Of a DNA stretch of 44,443 nt, positions 8,642 through 18,400 are shown piece after piece. The translations under genes and the position numbers were made by a program. Below the pieces are notes generated by a model. It was not told the origin of the DNA. It was given only the letters and a program-made list of their open reading frames with translations, and made no database searches. The stretch is from the sequence record NC_073073.1. One strand, given 5' to 3'. Source of the stretch: Escherichia phage mckay. How positions within the stretch are numbered: the stretch's first letter is position 1; each line of letters begins with the position of its first letter.

Positions 8642-9273
8642 TAATCTGGTCATTGTTTGACGGCAGCGGCTTGATGATTGAGCGTGCTGCCGAGATGGGG
8701 CATAAGTGCTACTGTTTTAACTACTCCGAAGCCGATCACGGGTCGTACCTTGACTACCGGATTTATGGTCGCGGAATCCGGTATCGCAATGAGTTTATCG
8801 ATCTGGACTTTGTAGACCGTGCGATGAATGGCGATTTCGGTACGCCGGATATCATCTATGCGTTCCCTCCGTGTACGGATCTGGCAGTTAGCGGCGCGCC
8901 AGCTTTCCCGCGCAAGCGTGCAAAAGACCCCGCCTTTCAGCTTAAGGCGGTGCGCACCGCGAAGATCGCCGCTTACCTGGGTGACTTCTTCGAAGTGCCA
9001 TATATGATTGAGAATCCGCGCAGTGTGCTTTCCACCCAGTGGCGTAAGCCGGACCACTCATTCGACCCGTGGGAGTATGGGGGATATCTGCCGGAGGATG
9101 ACGTACACCCGCTCTTCCCGGAATACATCAACGCCCGCGATTCATATCCGAAGCTGACCTGCTTATGGACCGGCAACGGCTTCCGTATGCCAGAGAAGAA
9201 ACCTGTTTTCGTTGAAAAGGGTACTCTAAGCAGTATAGTCGCCTCGGAGGCAAATCAGCCCGCACAAAATTAA
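8638..9273 (+). CDS. Compact cytosine-C5 methyltransferase-like protein (211 aa)
   Basis: SLFDGSG (motif I-like), FPPCTDLAVSG (PC motif IV-like) and MIENPRS (ENV motif VI-like), but too short to hold a normal target-recognition domain; start overlaps the helicase stop. Confidence 0.45.
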   Translation: MIIWSLFDGSGLMIERAAEMGHKCYCFNYSEADHGSYLDYRIYGRGIRYRNEFIDLDFVDRAMNGDFGTPDIIYAFPPCTDLAVSGAPAFPRKRAKDPAFQLKAVRTAKIAAYLGDFFEVPYMIENPRSVLSTQWRKPDHSFDPWEYGGYLPEDDVHPLFPEYINARDSYPKLTCLWTGNGFRMPEKKPVFVEKGTLSSIVASEANQPAQN

Positions 9274-9328
9274 TCCGGTCGCTCACCCCGCGCGGCTTCG
9301 CGATAGCGGTTAACGAGGAAAATTTAAA

Positions 9329-9652
9329 ATGAACGCTACATACGAAACCATTGATTTTTCGGTCGCAATGACTAACCAGCTATTCACCTACGACAGCAAA
9401 ACCGGCGTCATCCGTCTGAAGTCCACGGGCTGCAAAATCGGCAACATCAACACTGCAGATGGCGGAACACGTATCGAATGCAACGGCAAGACGCTGTCTG
9501 GCGCACGCGTGGCGTGGATTATTGAGACGGGCAATACAATCCCTCCAGGCTTCGCCGTTGTGTGCCGCCAGCGCACTCCAGGGCACTACGGCAACCGCAT
9601 AAGCAACCTTTACCTGGTAGACGTTGCACGCGACCCGAACTTTTATGCGTAA
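9329..9652 (+). CDS. HNH_3-like (homing-endonuclease-like) protein, possibly degenerate
   Basis: ARVAWIIETGNTIPPGFAVVCRQRTPGHYGNRISNLYLVDVARDPN resembles the HNH_3 pattern, but the usual metal-binding His before DNR is not obvious. Confidence 0.4.
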   Translation: MNATYETIDFSVAMTNQLFTYDSKTGVIRLKSTGCKIGNINTADGGTRIECNGKTLSGARVAWIIETGNTIPPGFAVVCRQRTPGHYGNRISNLYLVDVARDPNFYA

Positions 9653-9653
9653 A

Positions 9654-9685
9654 TTGGTTGCATAATCATATTGGTTGCATTATAT
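9654..9685 (+). promoter_or_regulatory. Tandem TTGGTTGCA motifs forming a sigma70-like promoter (TTGCAT-17-TATATT)
   Basis: TTGGTTGCA at 9654-9662 and 9671-9679; the first supplies TTGCAT, 17 bp later TATATT (9680-9685), upstream of the gene at 9734. Confidence 0.4.
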
Positions 9686-9733
9686 TGAGGGTGTCCGGTT
9701 GGGACGCCCTTTTTAATACCTGGAGACAACACG

Positions 9734-9976
9734 ATGCGATCATTATTTTTCGACTACGACGGCGACCTTCGATTTTGGGTGATACTCACCCTCATGTTTG
9801 CCGTTTGTATTTTCGTACCTACCGCGGCTATTTACTATACGGAACGCTATGAATGCAAGACCGTATATGCCGAGCAAACAGGCCGTAATACCCAATGGCG
9901 TTTCGGAACTTGCTGGGTCGAGAAAGACGGCAAATTTATTCCGCGCAAGGAAATCCGCACTACGGAGATTAAATAA
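9734..9976 (+). CDS. Small membrane protein (80 aa)
   Basis: GGAGA RBS; hydrophobic segment FWVILTLMFAVCIFVPTAAIYY. Confidence 0.5.
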   Translation: MRSLFFDYDGDLRFWVILTLMFAVCIFVPTAAIYYTERYECKTVYAEQTGRNTQWRFGTCWVEKDGKFIPRKEIRTTEIK

Positions 9977-10441
9977 ATGAAAATTTTACAAGAAGAGAAA
10001 AATTACTGGGCCGCGCAATGCCTCGAAGCCCGCGAGCAAGCCGAACGGGCGAACGCGCTGGCGGATACCTACCTGGCGAGCTATGAAGGCGAGGAGAAGG
10101 CGCGCAAGGAATTAGAGGAGCGCTTCGATCTGCTTTTCGAATTGATGGGGATTATGCAGCGCACCGGATATACAACCAGCGTTGCACTAAACCGCGTCAC
10201 GGCTGATGCGTTGCGGGAGCACTGTAAACGTGCGGAGGAGTACGTGCGCCCGAAGGGCCGCCAGTCTTCGATCGCCAGGAAAGACCTTGTGCTTATGGCG
10301 TGGCGCAACCCTACAAACGGCAGATTCTACCCGGACGCGCGCCCGCTTAGCGCCGAGGAATCAAAGCGCGTGCAACGCGTCATCAAAAAAGGCGATAAGA
10401 TCCCACTTTATGCGATAGACACCGACCATGACGAAGAATGA
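9977..10441 (+). CDS. Hypothetical protein (154 aa)
   Basis: ORF adjacent to the upstream stop; predicted coiled-coil N-terminus; no recognisable motif. Confidence 0.55.
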   Translation: MKILQEEKNYWAAQCLEAREQAERANALADTYLASYEGEEKARKELEERFDLLFELMGIMQRTGYTTSVALNRVTADALREHCKRAEEYVRPKGRQSSIARKDLVLMAWRNPTNGRFYPDARPLSAEESKRVQRVIKKGDKIPLYAIDTDHDEE

Positions 10442-10913
10442 GCAGAAGGATGGCTGGCGCACGCCGCCAGCTTTATTTAAACCGCTTCGTCGGAAGTACC
10501 GATTCCGTTACGATATGGCGGCAAGCGATGCAAACCACCTGCTACCGCGTTACTTCACGGAGGAGCACAGCGCGCTTGATGTGGACTGGTCCGAGTTGAA
10601 AGGGTGGAAGTGGTGCAATCCGCCGTATTCCGATCCGCTGCCGTGGGTAGAGTGCGCAGCGCACGGACGCAGGACGGTCATGCTGCTGAATCAGGACACG
10701 TCGACGAAGTGGGCGAAGCTGGCCCGGAAGACTGCAAACCTGATAATTCTTCTGGACTGGCGGATTAGATTCATTCACGCCGTCACCGGCGAAGTCGGGC
10801 CGAGCAATAACAAGTGCCAGCAATTGATAATCTTCGACGAAGCGCCACCCATCGGCAGCGCACAAATTGAAATAATGAGCGAAGGAGAACTCCTTGAATA
10901 TCTTAATCGTTGA
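10428..10913 (+). CDS. Phage Dam-type DNA N6-adenine methyltransferase
   Basis: WRTPPALF...RFRYDMAASDANHLLPRYFT...WCNPPYSD matches the phage Dam family with its NPPY motif. Confidence 0.8.
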   Translation: MTKNEQKDGWRTPPALFKPLRRKYRFRYDMAASDANHLLPRYFTEEHSALDVDWSELKGWKWCNPPYSDPLPWVECAAHGRRTVMLLNQDTSTKWAKLARKTANLIILLDWRIRFIHAVTGEVGPSNNKCQQLIIFDEAPPIGSAQIEIMSEGELLEYLNR

Positions 10914-11118
10914 CCGCGACCCCGCGGTCGTAGACCAAATGCAAAGAGACTACTGTATTGATCCGCGACGCAATCGTGTAGTACGCGCGTCTCGCCCCGA
11001 ATACATCCTGGGCCTTGACCTCACCGGTTGGCTTGTCATGACTCAGCGTTGCCATTTCGTGTGCAACTCCTTTACTGCGCGAAGCGCCCGTTACACCCTT
11101 ATTGAGAGTTTAAAATGA
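10894..11118 (+). CDS. Hypothetical protein (74 aa), TTG start
   Basis: ORF starts at TTG with GAAGGAG 6 nt upstream; overlaps the Dam 3' end. Confidence 0.4.
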   Translation: MNILIVDRDPAVVDQMQRDYCIDPRRNRVVRASRPEYILGLDLTGWLVMTQRCHFVCNSFTARSARYTLIESLK

Positions 11119-11585
11119 AATTACTGATTTGCGATTTGGATGGCGTTATTAACGGTTCAAGCGATGCGCGTGCCGACCTGGTGCCGGGGATAAAAACGAA
11201 ATCAACCTTTTGGGCAAAGTGGCACAAAGCGCACGTCCGCGAAGATCTGAACATGGATATGCTGCCGCTGCTGCGCATGTACAAAGAGCAAGGCTTCGAG
11301 ATCGCGTATCTGACCAACCGGCAGCGCGAATGTTGGGACACCACCGCCGAGCAATTGGAGGTCTTCCCCGTAGGTCGATTGTTCATGCGCCACATGCTGG
11401 ACGACACCCCGCCGCCAGAGTTTAAGGCGTGCGCCGTTTTCAAAATGGTCTGCTATGCGGACGTGTCGGAACTGGTCATCATTGAAGACTGTCCGAAGAA
11501 CATCGCGGCAATTCGTCGGGCGTGTGGTGATTTGGTCCCGAAAATTTACGCAATAAACGTTGCAAAATTCACTTGCAACCAATAG
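11115..11585 (+). CDS. HAD-superfamily phosphatase-like protein
   Basis: N-terminal MKLLICDLDGVI is the HAD motif I (DxD) signature. Confidence 0.5.
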   Translation: MKLLICDLDGVINGSSDARADLVPGIKTKSTFWAKWHKAHVREDLNMDMLPLLRMYKEQGFEIAYLTNRQRECWDTTAEQLEVFPVGRLFMRHMLDDTPPPEFKACAVFKMVCYADVSELVIIEDCPKNIAAIRRACGDLVPKIYAINVAKFTCNQ

Positions 11586-11602
11586 GTTGGTTGCACTATA
11601 GT
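11574..11602 (+). promoter_or_regulatory. Inverted repeat TGCAACCAA-tagg-TTGGTTGCA overlapping a TTGCAA-18-TATAGT promoter
   Basis: Perfect 9-bp inverted repeat with 4-bp spacer at 11574-11595, followed by TATAGT; upstream of the gene at 11649. Confidence 0.4.
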
Positions 11603-11648
11603 TAACGCGTCGGGAGGCAATACGGCCTCCCCTAAACAGGACCACATA

Positions 11649-12170
11649 ATGAAAGCATACGAATACTGCAAAAACGCCGCCACCACTATGGAACATCGCG
11701 GGAAAGAAAACGGCTATGACAACGCGAAAGAAGAACGCAGCGCTAAACAGATCGCTGCCGTGTTTAATGCGCTTACCGGTCGCGACCTGACCGAGCAAGA
11801 AGCCTGGACCTTCTTGATCTGCCTGAAGCTGGTGCGCCAGCACCGTAAGCACCAGGAAGATAATATCGTTGATTTGGTAGCGTACGCCGCATTGCTGGGC
11901 GAGTCGTACATGACCGTACACGACGAGATTCAGGTTGATACAACGGCAGCGCAATACGACAGCCTTAAAGGTTGGCCCATCGCCACCGCGGGGACGTGGC
12001 ATCCTTCGTCATCGGCAGGCAAGACGGTTAAAGCCGCTAATTTCGGCGTCGTAGACCAGGACGTCCAGCCTATGGTCGTGCTCACCGGCGAGGACGGATC
12101 GAAAATCCTCATGACGCCGGAAGATTTCCGCAACATGGAAAAAACACTGGTGACTGGCGCACTTAAATAA
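11649..12170 (+). CDS. Hypothetical protein (173 aa); N-terminus possibly dATP/dGTP diphosphohydrolase-N-like
   Basis: N-terminal ~80 aa loosely recall the small alpha-helical dGTP_diPhyd_N-type phage domain; weak, by eye only. Confidence 0.5.
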   Translation: MKAYEYCKNAATTMEHRGKENGYDNAKEERSAKQIAAVFNALTGRDLTEQEAWTFLICLKLVRQHRKHQEDNIVDLVAYAALLGESYMTVHDEIQVDTTAAQYDSLKGWPIATAGTWHPSSSAGKTVKAANFGVVDQDVQPMVVLTGEDGSKILMTPEDFRNMEKTLVTGALK

Positions 12171-12212
12171 TGCTAATAGCGGGCTTCGGCCCGCATCAAT
12201 GAGGACCACACG

Positions 12213-12788
12213 ATGTACGGCGAATACGAAATATCTGGTAAACAATTCCACCTGGCGGCAATGATCGCAAGCATCGAGTTTGACCAGTGGAGATACAAGT
12301 CTGACGCGTGCAAGCAAAGCCGTCTTGTCGGTGTGCTGGGCGAGATGTTTGCGGGCATGTACCTCGAGGGTCAGGCGGGCGGGCGTAGTTGTATCCCGCA
12401 AGGCTTGCTAATGCGTACGGGCCTGTTTAGCGCCAACACCATTGACCGCGGCGATATCATCATGGTAGGCAAGCGCAAGGTTAAGTCCGGTCCAGACTTC
12501 CGCGAGCATGTGATCGATGCCGTATGGACCTACGAGGTCAAGGCCACCAGCGGCATCCGTCGTGGGCTGGTTGAGGCACGTTGCGCTCGCGAATATCTGA
12601 CCCGTCGCGTTGCCGGTGTTATCCTGGTGGGCGTATCGTTCGGGCAACATAACGCGCACGGCGTGATTGAGGATATTGCGGAACCATACGTGATTGTGAA
12701 CGACTGGCCCCTGGTGGAAGTGGAAGGAAAGGAATATTACGAAAGCCCGCTGGTGCGGCGCAAAATGGACTGGGAAAACTCAAACTAA
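12213..12788 (+). CDS. Hypothetical protein (191 aa), last gene of the + strand unit
   Basis: GAGGA RBS; possible D...EVK nuclease-like motif (GDIIMVGKRK...WTYEVKAT), unverified. Confidence 0.5.
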   Translation: MYGEYEISGKQFHLAAMIASIEFDQWRYKSDACKQSRLVGVLGEMFAGMYLEGQAGGRSCIPQGLLMRTGLFSANTIDRGDIIMVGKRKVKSGPDFREHVIDAVWTYEVKATSGIRRGLVEARCAREYLTRRVAGVILVGVSFGQHNAHGVIEDIAEPYVIVNDWPLVEVEGKEYYESPLVRRKMDWENSN

Positions 12789-12789
12789 A

Positions 12790-12812
12790 AAAGGGGCCAC
12801 TCGGCCCCTTCT
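12790..12812. terminator. Bidirectional intrinsic terminator between the convergent + and - units
   Basis: AAAAAA-GGGGCC-actc-GGCCCC-TTCTCCTTATTT: perfect hairpin with an A-run on one side and a T-rich run on the other. Confidence 0.7.
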
Positions 12813-12814
12813 CC

Positions 12815-14091
12815 TTATTTACCTTCCAGCTTCTCCACTTTATGCAACAGGTGGACGAAGGCGGCACACAGATCCATTAACAGAACGTTACTATCCAAAG
12901 ACAGCACATCGTCGGTATACCCGATCTCCTTGCGGTCGACTACAACCTCATTCCCTTCCTCGTCAACCCCCTTGACGTCCTCATAAATGGCGTAACCCGG
13001 CAGCAAATGCACGTATTCCGGGTCAATCCTTGCCAGGTCCTGCGCGATAAGGCCGTATCGCTGTACGTCCGACTCCTTATACTTGAACATTGCCGGAAGC
13101 CATTGTCGAACTCGGTTGTAGCTTTCCTCGCCGTCAGTGTATTGGATTTCTTTTTTAAGGTCGCGGTCCGATAGCGGCGCTTTCTGGAACTCGTTAACCG
13201 AAGGGTTGCCGCTGTTACCACTAATCAGCCTTTGGTCTGGCATAAAGCGGAATAGCGCCTCGGAAACACCGTCCTTCCACGTATGAATCCGGTAGTCCGA
13301 CATTTGAGTGTTACGAGAGCGAACAATGCCTGCGCGCACCCAGTCGGCGTACCATTTGTGCATGGTGAAGCCTACCCAACTGTCAGCCCCATACGATACG
13401 TTAGACAGAACTAAGCCGTTTCTTTCGACGTCATTGAATACTAATGACTCCCCACCATTCAGACGTAATGTTGCGTGTTTAACGTTACTATCATCACCAA
13501 CGCCAAGATTAGCGCGTGCCGACGATTTATCTGCGACGTCTGCCAGGTTCTGCGACTTCTTCATGAATTGCGTAGGGTCGATCGCGTTTTTGAAGTCTTC
13601 GGCCTCATTGCGAAATCCTTGCGCTGCTGCTTCAGATGCCGCGGCTTGTTGTTGCAGGTTGCGCATTTCAACGGGGTCAACTTCCTTCAGCAATTGCGAC
13701 AGATAGCCCCACGACATGCCCTGCATAACTTGCCCGTTCGGCAGCGTTACCGTGACTTCTTCTTCGTCTCCGAAGATGGCACGCCAGTTGTTTTCGTCTG
13801 CGATCATCAAGCGCAACGCTTTCTGTGCCTGTACTGTTACGCCCATCGTTGCCAGCGACATGGTATCGCGCTTAACGCCATCCCACGCGAGGTCTGTTGC
13901 CGTGGGTCCGTCGAACGGCAGCACCAGCGTAAGCGCGGTGTCGCTTTCAACTGACGCGATAGCAACAGTGTATGGGACTTGCCCTACTACCAGCGTTAAG
14001 AAGTCGCCAGCGGTAAACGCGGTAAACGTCGTGCCTACCCCGACAACCTCCTTGCTGTTATTCGTTACGGATAGTGTACCCGCTGCCATAG
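12815..14091 (-). CDS. Tail fibre protein with C-terminal intramolecular chaperone (peptidase S74-like) domain
   Basis: Start taken at ATG 14091 (MAAGTLSV, GAGGA RBS) rather than ORF-track 14116. C-terminal LSDRDLKKEIQY...YGLIAQDLARIDPEYV matches the auto-cleaving chaperone domain of tail fibres/endosialidases. Confidence 0.7.
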
Positions 14092-14106
14092 CTGAATCCT
14101 CATAAA

Positions 14107-14138
14107 TTGGTTGCATTAATGGTTAAGCAGTGCAATAC
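14107..14138 (+). promoter_or_regulatory. TTGGTTGCA-containing promoter-like element (TTGCAT-17-AATACT)
   Basis: Motif at 14107-14115 in the divergent gap between the tail-fibre gene (-) and the lipoprotein gene (+). Confidence 0.35.
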
Positions 14139-14169
14139 TAAAACTAAACCAAATATAGGAGATGATACC

Positions 14170-14388
14170 ATGAAAACTTTAATTATGATTTGTGCGGTTC
14201 TTTTGTCCGGTTGTGCCGACATGCCGTCTAAAATCTGCGACGCAACATACATGAATAGTGGTATGGAGTATTCCGTCCAGGTGTTTGGGGTCGCCGACTT
14301 TAGCGGGCACAAAATGCTCGAGGCCGGGTATCCGTTCAACTTCCAGTATGTGTCGGTCGACCACTTCAAAAGCACCACCTGCGAATAA
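14170..14388 (+). CDS. Small lipoprotein (72 aa), moron on the opposite strand to the tail genes; Cor-like candidate
   Basis: Start at ATG 14170 (AGGAG RBS); signal peptide MKTLIMICAVLLSGC with lipobox LSGC; own promoter-like motif and terminator. Confidence 0.6.
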   Translation: MKTLIMICAVLLSGCADMPSKICDATYMNSGMEYSVQVFGVADFSGHKMLEAGYPFNFQYVSVDHFKSTTCE

Positions 14389-14410
14389 GCCCCTTTCGGG
14401 GCGTTTTATA
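14389..14410 (+). terminator. Rho-independent terminator after the lipoprotein gene
   Basis: GCCCC-tttc-GGGGC hairpin followed by GTTTTATA. Confidence 0.55.
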
Positions 14411-15077
14411 TCCCATCCACGTTAATTGCGGTCAGCGCAACGCCTGTGTTTTGATACCCTGCGATGCTCCCTGACCCAGCCTGCGTAGCGACCGCGTTAA
14501 TACGAGTGCCGCTTCCGTTGTCGTAAGCCCCGGCCCCTGCCGAGATCTGGATAATCTGCGGCTGCCCTTGTACAAAGATCTGGATCAGAGTGGCGCCCAT
14601 TAACATAGGTGATACCGCGTACTTACCCGGCAGCGTCTGGTCTATGTTTATCCCGCCGTTATTGCCGAAGCTGCCAACTGTGACTAAATCGGTGAGTACC
14701 TTGCTCTCGTTGGTGAGTATGCACGTCCCGCTGGCGTCCCAAATCGCGAAGCCCCATTTTGGCAGCGGTTGCGGGAATCGCGCGAATACGTACGCCGTGA
14801 CGGTAAAATGCGGGTTATTCTTACCCTGAATGCTTCCGCTAAATATAATCCGGTTACCTGATCGTGACGCCGCCAGGACGCAACGGTTATTCGACCGCAT
14901 AAACACCATCGCCGGATAGTTCGCGGGGATATCCACTGCGCCACTCGCGGTTTTATAATACGCCCCTGCGTCCACTGAGTTTGCCGACACCTTAGCATAG
15001 AGAACGAATGGCGTTGAGTTTGGCGTGACGAATGGGTTGCCGTTGTTGTTGTCAATTAATGCTCCGAAGTTTGCCAT
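14406..15077 (-). CDS. Hypothetical G/N/S-rich protein (223 aa), possibly tail-associated
   Basis: ORF between J and the tail-fibre gene; composition typical of beta-rich structural proteins; no specific motif. Confidence 0.5.
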   Translation of the reverse strand: MANFGALIDNNNGNPFVTPNSTPFVLYAKVSANSVDAGAYYKTASGAVDIPANYPAMVFMRSNNRCVLAASRSGNRIIFSGSIQGKNNPHFTVTAYVFARFPQPLPKWGFAIWDASGTCILTNESKVLTDLVTVGSFGNNGGINIDQTLPGKYAVSPMLMGATLIQIFVQGQPQIIQISAGAGAYDNGSGTRINAVATQAGSGSIAGYQNTGVALTAINVDGI

Positions 15078-15079
15078 TT

Positions 15080-15382
15080 TTACGCTTTCTCCACAAAAAC
15101 TACTACTTCACATTCTGATGCTGGGTAGTTTCCAATACCGACGCTGTTTGCGGCAGATACTGTTATCGTGTTCCCGCTGGCACGGATCGCCCGACCGACC
15201 GTAGTGCCGCCTACGTCCAGCGTAACCGCAAAACCTACTTTCATACCTGACGGAATATCGAACGTCCACGCCCCCGATGTTTGACCTTGTGCCAGTTTAA
15301 TAATTCCGACAACCGAAACGGGCTTTATCCCGTAGTTGTTTGGGCGCCCTTGCGCGTCCCATGTTGCGACACCGAAAGCCAT
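15080..15382 (-). CDS. Hypothetical protein (~100 aa) downstream of J
   Basis: Start taken at ATG 15382 (MAFGVATW, GTGAGG RBS) after a hairpin, rather than the ORF-track start at 15445 that overlaps J. Confidence 0.45.
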   Translation of the reverse strand: MAFGVATWDAQGRPNNYGIKPVSVVGIIKLAQGQTSGAWTFDIPSGMKVGFAVTLDVGGTTVGRAIRASGNTITVSAANSVGIGNYPASECEVVVFVEKA

Positions 15383-15390
15383 GCTATACC

Positions 15391-15416
15391 TCACTAAGAA
15401 AGGGGCCGAAGCCCCT
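15391..15416 (-). terminator. Terminator/attenuator-like hairpin after gene J
   Basis: On the - strand AGGGGC-ttcg-GCCCCT followed by TTCTT; GC stem with TTCG loop. Confidence 0.4.
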
Positions 15417-15419
15417 GTG

Positions 15420-18400
15420 TTACCAATAACCTGTGATTTCACCAATTTGCACGCGGAGCACGCCGTTTCCGTCCCTAACGCTGATTTGCGTGTTTGTCTG
15501 TTTCATCCCGCCACCGTTACCGGTTCCCAGGTTGATAAACGTTCCGTCTTTCCCTAAGCGCCAACCACGCGAGTAGCCGTCATAGTTATTCGATTGCAAC
15601 GTGTCCGTAATCTGCGCGAAGTTGATAGTCGCGTCTTTGATGCGTGCCGTGTCAATATACACCGCGCCGCCGTCTACGATAAACGCGGACGAAAGCGACC
15701 CGTTAGATGGGTGCATGATGTAGAACTGGTCCGCTTTGAATGCGATGCGGGATTTAACCGCGCCGCCTTCCGCCACGACGGAAAGCTGCATACCGGCATC
15801 ATAGTAAGTCCCGTTATACGTCACGCCCGCCTTAAGGCTGTACGTGGCGTTGCCACCAGCATGGTTAAACGTGGACGTCATCTTCTGCTCGATAGCTGCG
15901 GACTGCTGACCGAACTGTGCCGCGACCTGGGTCTTGTACTCCGCCAGCGCGCCCGCTACGTCTGCCGTTGCCGTTTGTACCTGCTGGATGGCAGCTTCCT
16001 GTTCCCCGAACTTAGCGGCAACAGTTTGCTGGTACTGGGCGAAGGCTTGCTCGTGCGTGCTTTGCGCTGTCTGCAACGTGTGGATCGCCGCTTCCGCATC
16101 GTCAAGTCGCGTGCCGATCAACGTCTCCAGTTGAGCGACCGCCTTGTGGGCGTCCGCCGCCACGTTATACGCCACCTTGATTTCCGCATAAATGCCCTTG
16201 TACTCGGCGCGGGCGTTGAACAATTGCTGCGCGTCGGTGAGCATCGCCTCGTAAATACCCTGCGGGATCGTGTCGATTGCTTCCTGGAAGCGTTTACCAT
16301 CCTCGGAAGTCAAGAACTCGTCATCAAGCCCCTTCATGTACTCGTCAACTTTGTCACTCACCTGCCCTTCAAACGGGGCCGACCAGTCCGACAGGTTGCC
16401 GATTTTATCCGCTACACGGGCGCGCAACTGCTGGTAAATTCCGAACTCCAGCGACGTTTGCGCATACTCCGCCCCCGGATATGGGACGTTGGTTAAGAAC
16501 TTCCATTCCGTTTCGCCCGTCTTGCGGACCTCAAGCTCGGTATACGAAATATCCGTCGCGGCGTTGTTGTGGTTCCACTTCCACAAAATTTGGTGAAGGC
16601 CCGAAATCGCGTTGGTGATGATAGGCGCGTTAAGCCCGCCGAGACGACCTTCCACCGGCGTGATAGCGGACGATACCCACGGGGACGAAATCTCGCCCAT
16701 ACCTATTGCGCGGACGCGTGCCTGGTAGTTACCGGAGAACACGTTAGGGATGTGTGCGCCATTCGACGCCGTGCGCGGGATATTCACCCAGTCGTTACCC
16801 CACTGGATTTCCATATTCTGCAGGCTAGTACGCCTCCACTGGATTTCATACACCACGGCATCTTTCACCGGCGGGAAAACAATATCCACGTTGGTGATTA
16901 GCTGGCCTTGCGATGAAATCTGCGACGGAGTTATAGTCACGGACTCCGGCCCCTTCATTACACCGTCTGGTACTTGCGTAAAGATTCCAGGGTCAAGGCG
17001 AGCGCCATTATCAACGGCATCATATTTGCTATCGTTGTACTCGATCCCGCGCACCGAGAAAGTGCTGGTAGAGTCGTCATATTCCAGGTCGGTGATGCGG
17101 AATTTCTGCAACTGGATATCGTTGCCATCCACGCAAAACGGTTGATCGGGGATCGGGTCGGCATCCAGTGCGGTTTTTAGCGTAACCTTGTTGCCGTTGA
17201 CGCTGGCGATCTCGCGAGTCTCCACATTACCGCTATCGGTGCGTACCAGGAATTTATCACCGGGGCGGAACGTGATTTCGCTGTCCGTGTTCAGCACAGT
17301 ACGCGTCCCCGGATCAGACAACAGACGTCCGCCGCGTGTCTCGAAGCCGCCAGAAATATTAGTATCCGCGATCGCGACTACGCTACCAGGAATAAAGAAT
17401 AACCCTTCCATGCCAACTTTAAAGCTAACTTGCTGGTCAAGCTGGTTGGAAATTAGCGCCCAGTGCCCGCGGCGTTGCGCTTCAGATTCACGCGTACAGC
17501 CGATCGCCGTAATATCGAGGCGGTTAATCTTATGGCGGCGCACCAGTTCGACGCGCTGGCCCGTTGCAATGGCGTCCTCGTAGTGGTTCTTCGGGTTGCC
17601 GTATGCTACCGCGAATGTTGAGTACCGAGTTTTCTGGCTTCCCGAGGCATAGTCGAATCGCCCATCAATGACCGAGGCGTTGGTGATAGTGTGCGACACC
17701 GCGGCGACCGGCTGGTCACTGACGATATTTAACATCTGATTGCCCCACCAGGTCATTCCGGCGAAGATGGCAGCCAAATCCTTAAGCACGGTCCAGGCGT
17801 CGGTCTGCGACTGAATGTACATATCATTCTTAAATCGGATCTCCCGCCCGCCGTTGCCGTCACTGACCAGCTGATCGCAGCGCTGCGCAATCTGGTAAAG
17901 CGCGTATCGGTTTAGCATTTGCGGTTTGATACGACGACCGAGGCCAAAGCGCTCAGTAATACAAATATCGTACCAGTGCCACGCAGGGTTATCCGTCCAT
18001 GCGCGTTTAAACGTGCCGTCCCAGTCCCCGGAATAAGTATGATTAATCGGGTCGTAGTTGTTCGGTATTAGAACTTTGCGGCCTTTGCACTTGATGGACA
18101 CGCGCGGGATGTTCTGGAACGCTTTGGCGTCGAACTCCACAAACAACAGCGCGGTTAGCGGGTAACGCAGGCGGGCGTCGATAATCTCAGTGATGGACTG
18201 CACCCGGATATCATTAACCACTTTCGCCGATGTGGAGTCTGCCGTTATGCGGTGCACCTCCACGCGCCAGCCGGTGTTAACGTTCGGAGGTAATTCGATG
18301 CGGTGGTCGCGCTCATACAGCGACATTGTTTTACCAACGGCGGCGAATCTGAACTCACGCGGGTCCGCGTTATCCGTATACACAACGATCTTATAGTCGA

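Noticed and set aside
15594-16496. 300-aa ORF on the + strand antisense to gene J
   Set aside because: Embedded in the J coding region; Arg/Leu-rich low-complexity translation and no translation signals.
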